Part shown: piece by piece, positions 38,201 through 49,546 of the stretch
Numbering within the stretch: position 1 is the first letter of the stretch
Layout of the letters: the number at the start of each line of letters is the position of its first letter
Assembly (NCBI GenBank): GCA_004431415.1
Contig: QPMI01000190.1
Span: 124,001-188,000 of the forward strand
Direction: 5' to 3'
Source of the DNA: Cyanophora paradoxa CCMP329
Lineage: Eukaryota; Plantae; Glaucophyta
DNA: 64,000 nt
The notes under the pieces: model-generated
Told to the model about the DNA's origin: nothing
Databases searched by the model: none
Seen by the model: the letters and a program-made list of their open reading frames with translations, nothing else
Translations under genes and position numbers: made by a program

Positions 38201-41200
38201 GCTTCGGCGCCGGACGTGCCGGGGCGGCCGCTCGCGGGGCGACGCCCGCCGGTGCGGCGCGTGGCGAGCTTCACGGAGCTGGCGCGGCGCGAGGAGGGGC
38301 CCGGGGAGAGCTCGGGGGCCGACGACGGGGCGGGCCCGGCGGGGGAGAGCCCCCTGCCCCTCGACATCTCCGGCGTCCTCCGCAGCGCCTCCCTCCGGCG
38401 GCGCTCCTCCTCCGTGGTCCCCATGTCGCCGCCCCCCGAGCCGCCCTCCAACGCGCAGCGCTCCCCCGGGCAGTGGAACCGCCTTAAGCTCCCCCCGCTC
38501 CGCTCCCGCCGCTCCTCGGTTGTGAGCACGCAGTCCGAGTCGGGCGGGCCGCCCATCGTGCCCCTCTCCAACGCCCCGCCCTCCCCCGTCTCTGGCGCTG
38601 CCTCCTCCGCCTCCCCGGCCCCTGCAAGCGCCTTCGCTGGCGTGGCCAGCGGCGTCGCCGGCGCGGCGAGCGGCCTGCACTCGCTGGCGGACGGGATGAC
38701 GGCGTCGCGCCGCTTCCTTGCCTACCGCCGCTCCTCCCTCTCCTTCTCCTCCGCCGGCGGGGCCAGCGGGGCCGGGGAGGGCGCCGGGGGGCTCCTGGAG
38801 GGGGCGAGCCCCTCCTCCGGCATCCCCTCCGCCTCGGCGCTGCCCTCCGCCAACAACTCCCTCCGCGGCGGCCGCGCCTACATCCCCTCCCTCTCCATCC
38901 GCCCCAGCACGCCGCCCGTGCTCATCTCCCCGCCGGGCGGCCTCCCGCCCGTGCCGGCGTCGCCCCATCTCCCCGAGCCCGAGGAGGCGTCCCCCGGGGC
39001 GGCGGCTGGGGGCGGAGGCGGCGGGTTCGCAGCCTCGGGCCGCCTGCAGGAGCCTCGGCGGAGCGCCTCGCGCTCGCCCTCGCCCTCGCCGCGGCGCGGA
39101 GCGTCGCCCTCGCCGCGGCGCACCTCGCGCTCCGCCTCGCCGGCGCCGGCCTCGGACCGCTCCGAGCACTCCAACGCCACCACGCCCTCCCCCGCACCAA
39201 CGCCGCCCTCGACGGGCAGACGACGCGGTGCAGCGCGGCGGCGGCGAGCAGCGCGGCGGCGACCGTGCACACGGCGTGGACGCGCGGCGCCCGCGGCAAC
39301 CGCGTCGTCCCCGTCGTCGAGCCGGCCGGCTGCTGCGGCCTCGCCCTGCCCATCGGCCTCCGCCGCCGCCGCTCCGCGGACGCCGGGCAGGCGGCCCCAC
39401 GGGCGGCCCCGCCGAGGCCTCCTCGACGCTTGTCCCGTCGCCCGCCGCCAGCACGCCCGGCGACGAGGCGAGCAAGGCCGCCAGCGCCAGCGGCTCCGGC
39501 CGCCTCAGCGGCGGCGGCGGGCGCCGGGATCGCGATCGCGAGCGGGAGCGGCGGGGCTCGCTGCTGGCGGGCGGCTACTCCTTCCGCGCCTTCACGCTCC
39601 AGTCCATCCCCTCCCAGGTCCGCCCGCGCGCGGCTGGGGCTCGCGAGGGCACCGAGCTGCCCCCGCCGCCAGGTGCGCCTGACCTTCGCGGACCCGTCCC
39701 TCGAGACGGAGTTCTGGAGCCGGCGGCGCTCCGCCTCGCTGCCCGACCTGCGTGCCTCGCTTCTGCTCGGGGCGGTGGCGGCGTACACGGCGTGCTGGCC
39801 GGCGCTGGAGCGGGCGGCGGGGGCGCCGGGGCCCGTCTACCGCCTGGTCTTCCGGTACCTCTGCCAGGGGGTCCCCCTGCTGCTGCTCGCCCTCGGCGCC
39901 CTGCTCGCCCCGCGCCCCTTCCTCCGCCTCGCCCGCCCCGCCCTCCACGCCGCCTTCCTCGCCATCGTGCGCCCCGCCCCACCGCGCCCCGCCCCCCGGC
40001 CCCGCCCGCCTGCCCCGCCGACCCCGGGCGGCAGCTGGCGCGCCTCGCGGTGCAGCTGCTGCTGCTCGAGCCGTACCGCATCCCGGGGACCTTCGAGGTC
40101 GGCTTCGGGTCGGGCTGGGCCATCCGCGCCCTCGGGCCCGCCGACGCCCACCTCTTCCTCGTCATCATACAGTCCGCCGCCCCCCGCCCGCCACGCTCCC
40201 CTCAGCCTCGCCCCGCGCTGACTCGGAGCGGGGCAGCACGCTGCCGGGGCCGTGCGTGCCGTGGATGGACCTGGTCCCCTACTCGGGCGCCGCGGCGGCC
40301 GTCGTCGGGGCGAGCGGCAGCGGCGTCGCCCAGGCCCTCTACGTCGCCGTCGTCGCCGCCGTGTGCGCCGTCGCCTGCTGGTTCAACGAGCTCAAGGCGC
40401 GCCGCGAGTACGAGACGGACCGGGGCCTGTACGAGGAGACGGCGGGGCTGGGGCGGGAGTGCGCGGAGACGCGGCGGCTGCTGCACCTCTGCCTGCCGGC
40501 GTCGATCGCGGAGGGGGTGCGCGAGGGCCTCGACCTCGGCGCCGCCATGTACGCCGTCTACGACCGCGTCGTCGTCCTCTGTCCGCCCCCGGCCCCGGCC
40601 CCGCCCCCGCGCCCCGGGCCCCCTCGCCCCCCGTGACGCCGGCCCCTCGTGGCGGGCCCCCTCGCGGCAGGCGCCGACGTGGTGGGCTTCACGCCGCTGA
40701 GCGAGAGCCTGGGGGCGGACGAGCTGGTGCGGCTGCTCGACGAGCTCGTCACCCGCCTCGACGTCCTCGCCGAGGAGCGCGGCGTCGCCCGCCTCAAGAC
40801 CATCGGCGACGTCCGCCCCACCCCGCCCCGCCCCGCCCCGCCCCGCTCGCGCGGGGCCGCCGGGCGACCGCCGCGCGCAGGCCTGGCTCGCCGCCCTCGG
40901 GCTGGACGAGCCGCCGGGGCCGGGGGCGGTGGCGGACCTGGTGGAGCTGGCGGCCGAGGTCGCCGAGACGGGCGCCGCCTTCTCCCGCGAGTGTGGCCAC
41001 CGCCTCGCCCTCCGCGTCGGCGTCGCCGCGGGGAGCGCCTGCGGCGCCGTCGTCGGCAACGCCCGCTGGTTCTGGGACCTCTTCGGGTGCCCCCGCCCCG
41101 CCGCCCCCCGCCCGCCCCCCCTGACGGGGCGGGGGCAGGGAGGCGATGGACCGGGCGGGGGAGATGGAGGCGGGGAGCGAGGCGGGGCGGGTGCTGGTGT

Positions 41201-41502
41201 GCCCCCGCGTGCACGCCGACTGCGTGCAGGCCGGGCGCCTCGCCTTCGAGCCCGTCTTCGGGCCCCGCGCCGGCCCCGCCGGCCCCCAGAAGCCCCTCTC
41301 CGCCGCCAGCCTCAGCGAGACCGACGGCGAGTCCGGCGCCCCCGCGGGGCCCCCCACCGCCTTCTTCCTCGCCCGGACCCCCGTTTCCGGGCGCCCTCAC
41401 ACGCCCTCCTCCCACGTCTCCCTCCTCCCGCTCGCCTTCGCCACCCCGCCCTCCTTCTCCCCGCCCCAGGCCCTCTCCCCGCCCCGCAGCCGGGCGGGAT
41501 AG
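35260..41502 (+). CDS. Multi-pass membrane class III nucleotidyl cyclase with two catalytic domains
   Basis: TM block - ILRNILP...EKIKTIGLTFMAVCG...FYDTWG|DTVNTASRM...VKGKG - low-complexity linker - TM block - LCLP...ADVVGFT...KTIGD...RVGV..G...GAVVG...WDLFG. Confidence 0.85.
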
Positions 41503-42688
41503 GCCGAGCCCCTTTCCCGCACCTTCTCGAGTCAAGGCGGCGCGCTGTACGCGTCCAATTTTTCTGGTTGCTTCGTCGCGCCCTCGGTTGACCTCGCCGA
41601 GCGATTGACGTCAATTCACGTCCCCAGTCCTGCTTCCCGCCGGGTCGCTGTACGGTATATCGCACGCATATGCATGTCATTTTTGTTTTTGCCAGTGACA
41701 GTTACGCTAGATCGAATGTTCGCAGAGCTGCGAGGCTGCTTGTATCATATTCATGATCATTATTGTTATACAACTCCCCACTCCTGAGTCCCGAATTCGA
41801 GCTTCGGAAGGGGCGCAAAAGGTGGCGGCGAGGCCTCGCGATCGCTATCGTCAACCGTTGAACCGTTGAACGAGGCGGGTCCGGATTCCGGAGGGGGCCC
41901 TCCGAGGCTCGCCGAGTCGATCGCGAGCTCGCGAACACCGAAATTGAAATCAAACTTGAACCCCCCCAACCTCAGGCTGGGACTGTCCATCACCCCGTCC
42001 AACTTGGCAAATTCGAGTCCAACCCCGGGCGGCGGCCCTAGCCTAGTAGGCCTGGGCCTCATGAATCTCATGATCAGTGATCAACATGTCCCCAGCCAAC
42101 CCCCCGTCCCCCGCGTCGCCGAGTCGTGCACGTGCGCGCACTGCGGGCCTGCAGCACTCGTGATCGAAGCTCGCTTGGCAGCCGGGCTCAGCGGCTGACT
42201 CATGATCAGCGAATTCGAATTAGCTATGATGCAAGTACCGAACGTATACGCGTAACTCAGAAAACTCGGCCGTAAGTCGGGCTCAGATCATGATCATGAC
42301 GAGAGCCTATCTGCTTTAAAATTGCTTCTGTCTAGATCTACCGTAGTACAGCGATAGCTAAGATTAACTTTAGCGACTTAGTATACGTGGCCTACTTGGC
42401 TTTGCAGAAACTTGCCCTTAAATACAGAAAATACAGAAGCTGTAATAGTATAAGCTGAAGCTTGCAATTGCAATTGCAATAAATAGTGATCGCGAGAGCG
42501 AAATCGATCTTAACAACAAACTGATCATGATGCACGAGCACACGTGCACGTGTGCTTCGTAAACGAGAGCGTAACAGCAAGACTGCGAAAAAAGCGCGCG
42601 GTGTTGCTCGAGACTTTGCGGCTGGAGCTGGCGCGCGCGCTAGCTGGCCATGCATGCGGGCACCGGGCGGCGGCGCGAGCGAGCAGGG

Positions 42689-44339
42689 CTAGTCGTGGAA
42701 AGGCGGGCCGGCGCCCGTGGCTGGTGCTGCAAGCTCGGCCCCCCGCACCTCGAGCTCGCCGGGGGCGGGGTGGCGAGCGGGGTCGGCCCAGCTCTCGCCG
42801 CTGCTCTCCAGCTCGCTCGACGCCGACGCCGACGCGGCGTCCAGGAGGCGCCTGTACGTCCCGCCTGAGCGCGCGTCCACGCCGCCTGCACCTCCGCCAG
42901 AGGCGTGCGCGCGCGGCGCCTCCGCCTGCGCAGACCTCGCCGAGCGCTGCGCTTGCGTCTGCAGCTGGCCATGGGCCCCCCCGCCGGGGCCAGCCGAGGC
43001 AGGGCTCCTCCCGCTGGCCCCGCCGTGTGCGGCTGCTGCTGCTGCTGGTGGTGGCGGCGCCATCGAAGCGTCCGGAGCCGCCCGGGCCCGCGAGCGCGGC
43101 CCCGGGGCGGCCTCTCGACCCAGGAGCGCCTTGGAGCCGGCGCCGGCGCCGGCGTCGTGATCGGATCCGATCGCCAGGTCGTGCAGTGGGAGCGGTGTCG
43201 CGGCGCCGGCTCCAGCGCCCGAGTGCTCCAGCTTGCGCGCTCCGGATCCGGAATCGCGATCGCGGCCACGGCTGGGTGCGGATGCGACGGGGTCGAGGCT
43301 CGCGCGCTCCCTGGCGCTGGCGGCGAGGCCGGTGCCGGCGGCGTCGGGCGCGTCGCCCTCGGGGCTCTCGTCGGAGGGGGTGAGGGAGGGCCGCCGCGGG
43401 CCCCGCTCCCGCTCCCGCTCCCTCGACCCGCCCCGCGCCAGCTCGCTCAGGCTGGGGAGGGAGCCCAAGGAATCAGCGCTCGCCTTCCGGCCGGCCCCGC
43501 TCCGGCGCCCCGGTCGCCGTCGACGTCGACGTCGGCCGGCGCCGCCGACGCCGACGCCGCGGGGAGGCGGCAGACACAGCGAGCTCGAGCCCCGGCGCCT
43601 CGAGCCCCGGCCCCCGCCTGCGCCTGCGCGTGCGCGCGGAGGTCGGCGTGAGCGAAGGAGTTACGGCTCCGGGACGTCCATGCGCCCGCGTACCCCGCAG
43701 CGGCATGTCGAGGGGCCGCCAGCGCCGGCTGCCGGCGCCGGCGCTGGCGGCCGCGTGCCGGGGTCCGAGGCCGCGTAGGCGAAGCTCAGGGGCGAGGGGT
43801 ACACAGGCGTCGGCGGCGGGCTCTCGTCGAACATCGCCGATATCATGTTCACCTGCGGGGTACGGAACAAATGCCGGCTCGGATGGGGCCCGGGCCTGGC
43901 GCAAGCAGCAGGGCGGGGCGCGCTCGCCTTGGCTGTGCCGGAGGGGGGCGTGGGCCCGTGGGGCCGGGCGCGGCGGGCGGCGCAGGAGAAGAGGGCGTAG
44001 ACGGCGGCGACGCCGGCGACGGGGGCGAGCAGGGAGGCGAGGAGGAGGCAGAGGAGCAGCGAGCGCACCCCGCGGTCCGAGAGCCGCCGCCGCAGCGCCC
44101 GCCACGCGCACATCGACAGCCTTGGGGCCCCATCGCGATCGCCGCCCATCAAAATCAGACGAATGTGATCATGAAATGGCGGGAGGTGATTCGAGGCGGC
44201 GCGCGCGGGCGCACCCGACGCTGAGCATGAAGCTGCAGGACCAGAGGATGAGCCAGAAGACGAGCTGGTCGAAGCTCCTGGGGGGATCCAGCACCGACGC
44301 CGACTTGTACGGCGCCGGTGCCGGAGCGGGCGAGTTCAT
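42689..44339 (-). CDS. Hypothetical membrane protein (2 predicted TM segments then low-complexity tail; 3' end uncertain)
   Basis: MNSPAPAP...LVFWLILWSCSFMLSVG|LSMCAWRAL...LLLCLLLASLLAPVAGVAAVYALFS. Confidence 0.5.
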
Positions 44340-45799
44340 CGGTCAGAAGATCAGAAGCTGGCAGCCGACGCGCTGCCCGCTGGTCGCCTCCGTAACAACA
44401 TGCCAACAACATGCCAACGCAGCGGCATTGCTGTTCGTACGGCCCCGGGCTATGGGCAGAGCTGATCGTCGCCAATTACAATCCACAGAGAGCTGATTAT
44501 GACGCTCGGTTAACGTCTGGTTTTAAAAGGAATCGAGCCGGAACGCACGGGTTTCTTCTGGTTATTAATATTAATGCCGCTGCCAGGGGAGCCAGGCGGT
44601 GCGGCCCAGGGGCCGCGATTTCGAATCGAGGCCTGCAGCTGATACAGGCTCAAGGCAAAGAGTGGTGCGCGCGGTGCCAGCGCCAGCACGCCTAGACGCG
44701 AATTCGAAAGGCCGTGCGCATGCGCGCGCGCGTCTCGCCGCAACTGGACAGAATAGCTTGAACTGCTCGCCGCTGCTGAAGCTGCAGGCCTACGCTGCGG
44801 TCGCGATGATCAGATCTAGAGCCGGGCGCCGAAGCTTAAGCCGTGGCCGCTTCGCTCACGTCCGCAGTCTGGCCACCAGCCTGCAGCTGCAGCTGGCAGA
44901 TCAACGGCGGCCGCTGTTCTCGGATGCGTACATATGCGTGCTCCTCTCCAAATGTGCACGTCGACTGGACCGGACACGTTATACTAACTGATCGTGATCC
45001 ATGGTCGGTTAGTTCTTCTGCCATGATATGAGCAGGGCGCGCGCGCGGCCCATGGCCAGGGCCGGGCGGGCGCACCGTGGCACTCGTACGAACCCGACGG
45101 GACCGGTCATAAGCAATCTTGCAAAACCGGGCCGGGGGAAAGCCTTGAAGCTTCGGCTGGACTTCGGGCCAGGCCATGCGCTGGACACCTCGCATGCAGT
45201 TATGGGCCTAGGCCTACTACTAGTACCGGTACCGGTTGGCTAGGCTGCATCTGATCATTATCGCCATGCGCTGCGATGATGCGCGGTGGTGTTGCTTGGC
45301 GCAGCGGCTGCAGGGTGGCCCGGCAGCCGCTGTTCGGAGCAGGGGGGTACAGTTACGCGTTCAATTTCGTGATTCACGGTGCATGTGTACATGTGTACTT
45401 GAGGTGTGTTCGGAGTCTTCGGACTGTGGGGAGGGGCTCAAACACACGAAAAGATTGATTTCATAGATGCTGAGCATTGGGGGTACTACCGAGTCGTAGT
45501 ACCGACGTCTACCGTACAGGTACTGCCGGCTAGCTGGCTTCAAGCTCCAAAAGACTCGAGCTCCGACACAGTTGCTGCTTCCGAAGTTCCTTGCACTGCA
45601 GCTGAGAAGTCTGCAAACATGGAGCATGTCCACGCACACCTTCCACCGCACGAGGAAGCCGACTGGAAGACGCAGGGTGCAGGAACCCCCTTGCCTCGCT
45701 CCCGCGAATCTCTCTTCCTCGCGCGCGCGCGCGCTACATGTGCAAGACCTCGTGCACACTAGCGGTCGCTGACTAGCGCGCTCGCGTGCGCGCCGCGCG

Positions 45800-46244
45800 C
45801 GCAGAGGCGCCGGTGATCCGCATGAAGGGCGACGAGCTCCAGGCGCCGAAGGAGGAGCGCAGGGAGAACGAGTCAACGCTCGGCGCCGCTTCCGTCGGCG
45901 CCGCCCGCGGCGTTCCTGTGGAGCGGGGGGGTCTCGCGGTCGCTGGAGGGCCGGAGGTCTGCCGGAAATATTGTGCAAGGGGGCCTTTTGCTTTCCTCCG
46001 CTGACATTCGATTCGCGGGCAGGCGTCGAAGGAAGAGCGCGCGCCGGCGCCGAACACCGCAGTCAATGCGCGGGGCGCGCGAGCGTGCATTCTTGTACAC
46101 GTTCGGCTCCGGCGCTCACGCGCACTCGCGCCGCAGAGGCGCCGGTGATCCGCATGAAGGGCGACGAGCTCCAGGCGCCGCAGGAGGAGCGCAGGGAGAA
46201 CGAGGCAACGCTCGGCGCCGCTTCCGTCGGCGCCGCCCGCGGCG
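45800..46244 (+). repeat. About 113-bp direct repeat pair (45800-45912 and 46132-46244), apparently a duplicated exon
   Basis: cgcagaggcgccggtgatccgcatgaagggcgacgag...gcccgcggcg occurs twice with 2 visible substitutions. Confidence 0.9.
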
Positions 46245-46540
46245 CACCCGCCCAGCGCGAAAGCCTTTCGGCAGGCCCAGAGCAACCGGTATGCCCGCGT
46301 CGCCTGTCCAGCTGCAGCCGTCCCTCCGTGCAATCTTCACTGTGCGCAGGCCCCGCGGGGCGAGCAGCAGAGCGGCGCCCGGACCGAACGAGGTTCGATC
46401 TCCACGCGCATTCACGTTCACTTGCGAGCACCAGTCCGCGCGCAGGGCCCGCCGAGGGGGCCCCTTCGGAGGACGTCGCCAGGGCTCGCGTGGTACTGCC
46501 TGTGCGCGCTGCGCCCCGCGCACGCGGGGGCCGGGGTCCG

Positions 46541-47850
46541 ATGGCAGGGGCGGCGGGACAGGGCATGGAGTGGCGCAGCGAGCTGGAGCGCCGCGAGGCC
46601 GAGATCCAGCGCGAGCTCTCCGCCTTCTCGGGCCGCGGGCGGCGCGCCCCGGGCGAGGCGGCGGGGCGCCGGGGCGAGGGGGAGGAGGCGGCGTGGTCGG
46701 CGGCGCGCGTGGCGGAGCTGGACGCGCGGGCGGAGGAGACGTCGCGGGCGCTGCGGGCGCTGCGCGCGCGCACCTCGCCGGCACCCGTCGACCTGTGCGA
46801 GGCCGAGGAGGCCGGCCTGCTCGCGCCGGCCCCGGAGGCCGCCCAGGCCCCCTACGCGCCCTCCGCCGAGCAGATCGCCGCCGACGCCGCCGCCGCCGCC
46901 GCCGAGGCTGGCGCGGCGGCTGCGGCGGAGGAGGCGGCGCCGCTCGACGCGGCCGGCATCCCCGTCGACATACGCGTCGACGTGAAGGCCCGTCCGACCG
47001 CGAGGCCCCGCCCCGGCCTCCCTCGCCTCCGCCGCCTAACGCTCTGCGTGCAGGCCGTCGCAACTGTCGGGGGCGGCGCGCGGCAGGCGGCGGGGGGCGC
47101 CCCAGAGCCCCCCGCGCCGGCGCCGGAGGCGCAGCAGGCCAAGGGGCAGGGCGGGGGGATCATCGGGGGCTTCCTCGCCCGCGCCAGCGAGGTGGCGGTC
47201 TTCCCGGGTTGCTTTGGGGGCGGCAGCTCGGGCGGGGCGGTGAGGCGGCGCAGGTGGCGACGAGCGTGGCGGGGGCCGTCGAGCGCGGCAAGGAGGCTCT
47301 TGCGCACGCCCTCGCCCCTGGCCTCCAGGCGCGCCCCGCCCCACGCCCCCTTGCATCGCCCCGCGCCCCCCTGCATCGAGCTGCCCCCGCCCCAGCGCCC
47401 CGCGCGCTGATCATGAAGGATAAACCACCGCCGCTTCTCCGCTTCCGGCTGATTTTTCTTTACGGCTCGCAGCCGCCTTCGGCGTTCGGGAAGGCGGGGG
47501 CGGCGTGGGGCCCCGAGGACGCCGTCGAGGCCCTCCGCTGGAACGCCGAGGCGCGCCCCGCCGCCGCCCGTCCCCCGCCCCCTTCATCTCCCCGCCCCGC
47601 CTGCGATCGCGGACGCGCTGCGCTGCAGGTGCCCGAGGAGGCGCGCATCGCCATCCCCCCCGGGGTGGACCTGCAGGCCCGCCCCTCCCCTCCAGCTCGT
47701 CTCCGACTGCGCCCTGATCATGAGCTGCCGGCAGCGCCTGCTGCGGGGGGTCGACGCCGCCCGGCTCCCGCGGCCGTGGGGCGCCTGGGAGGCGCAGCGG
47801 GAGGGCGGCCCCGGGCTGAGCGAGGAGCTCGAGGCGAGCCTTGCGCAGGT
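46541..47850 (+). CDS. Hypothetical spliced protein (may begin upstream at about 45400; 3' end unclear)
   Basis: GC3-rich exons MAGAAGQGMEWRSELERREAEIQREL..., MKDKPPPLLRFRLIFLYGSQP... Confidence 0.45.
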
Positions 47851-49042
47851 CCGTCCCTGCCCCCCTCGCTTGCGTGCATGCATCTCGAGGGGACGCCGTT
47901 CCGTTGCTTCTTCCCAGCAATGGAGAGAAACGTGCCACGGTGCTCTAGATCTCGTATATATAGCTAGGCCCCCCTGCGCTACCTGGCAGGCTTGCTATCC
48001 AACCGTTGAACGGTGGCTTGCTCGATCGCGATCGAGCTCACCAACGTCGGCGACGCTCGATTCGCCTGGCGATCTCACAAAACTTTTGGAAAAGCCGCGT
48101 TAATTTTTTCCCACATGTACACTGCCTCGAGCTCCGAGGCTCATGATCATGTTACGGGTATAAATTTCTCTCCTCGAGGACCCCTAGGCCTGGACCTCTT
48201 AATATATATATGCTCTCATTGCCTCCACCATGGCCATTTGGTGGCCTTCAGATCAATTCCACCTCTCACCCCGGGAGCTCGCAGGTGGAGCCCGTCGCCG
48301 CGACCGAGGCCGCCCTCCAAGGGCCCCTCTCCTAAGAGCGCGGCCCGTCCTCGCCGCCGGGGCGCCCATGATCATGATCAGCGGCTCGCGCCGCTGCGCC
48401 CATGCAGCGGCCCAGCTTTCGGCGCTCGAAAATTAGATCTAAATTAAATCTGCTAGGCTACACTTGTTCCAATCTCGTCCAAATCCGATTGGCATGCATG
48501 GATGTCGAGATGCATGATCGCGACCTTCATCTTCGTGGTGTTATGGACGCGTTGCGACCCGGACCCAGCCGGAGTCGAACCAACGACTAAGGGGTGTCAA
48601 GGCGGCAGTTCTACCAATAGGCCATCTCGCGAGAGGCTAGTGATTCCCCGAATCATCCCGGGTCCTCACACTGCACGCAACATCCCCCCCGCCACGGTGA
48701 TCTCGACCCCGAGATCCTTCCGTGCGGTTCCATTGCTGCATTTCACCTCACAACTCGCGATCTCAACCTCGGTCACATGCCGCACGTGACACCCACTTCA
48801 CACGTTGGTTGCGTGCAGTGTGAGGACCCGGGATGATTCGGGGAATCACTAGCCTCTCGCGAGATGGCCTATTGGTAGAACTGCCGCCTTGACACCCCTT
48901 AGTCGTTGGTTCGACTCCGGCTGGGTCCGGGTCGCAACGCGTCCATAACATGGGGGCTGCTGCGTGACACCGTGGCGGGGGGGATGTTGCGTGCAGTGTG
49001 AGGACCCGGGATGATTCGGGGAATCACTAGCCTCTCGCGAGA

Positions 49043-49099
49043 TGGCCTATTGGTAGAACTGCCGCCTTGACACCCCTTAGTCGTTGGTTCGACTCCGGC
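49043..49099 (+). promoter_or_regulatory. tRNA-like Pol III type-2 internal promoter inside the LTR (also in the other full LTR copies)
   Basis: A box TGGCCTATTGG 49043-49053; B box GGTTCGACTCC 49086-49096 within T-arm GTTGG-TTCGACT-CCGGC; tRNA-like spacing (45 nt from T8 to T54). Confidence 0.7.
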
Positions 49100-49440
49100 T
49101 GGGTCCGGGTCGCAACGCGTCCATAACATGGGGGCTGCTAACGGACCTGGTTCGACTCCCGACGAGGGATAGACCGGGCTTCGAATCCCACGCGGGGCGC
49201 TAGGAAGCGCTGGCTGAGGGCCGCTGCATCGCGGTACCCCGATAAGCCCGGCACCTGCATCGGTGGCCGCCGAAGAGCCTAGAAACTGCGCGCACGGAAA
49301 AAAAGCGGCAGTTGCGGCTGTGTGAAGTGGGTGTCACGTGCGGCATGTGACCGAGGTTGAGATCGCGAGTTGTGAGGTGAAATGCAGCAATGGAACCGCA
49401 CGGAAGGATCTCGGGGTCGAGATCACCGTGGCGGGGGGGA

Positions 49441-49546
49441 TGTTGCGTGCAGTGTGAGGACCCGGGATGATTCGGGGAATCACTAGCCTCTCGCGAGAGG
49501 CTAGTGATTCCCCGAATCATCCCGGGTCCTCACACTGCACGCAACA
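49441..49546. repeat. Perfect 106-bp palindrome formed from two LTR halves
   Basis: Centre TCG|CGA at 49493/49494; arms match base for base. Confidence 0.95.

Larger units (their letters stand above)
48539..49546 (-). mobile_element. Non-autonomous miniature LTR retrotransposon (TRIM), internally inverted/multimerised, flanked by a 4-bp TSD GTGG
   Basis: 144-bp LTR TGTTGCG...CCATAACA at 48539-48682(-), 48807-48950(+), 48985-49128(+), half copies 49441-49546; PBS TGGGGGCTGCT right after the LTR; [14 protein letters not shown] right before the LTR; GTGG at 48535-48538 and 49547-49550. Confidence 0.88.

Noticed and set aside
49036-49108. Functional tRNA gene
   Set aside because: Only A/B boxes and the T-arm are intact; acceptor and anticodon stems do not pair, and it sits inside an LTR
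48985-49440. Retrozyme (hammerhead in LTR) or tmRNA-like 5' end (GGGGCTG...TTCGAC)
   Set aside because: No hammerhead core found; GGGGCTG is better explained as the PBS directly after the LTR's CA end
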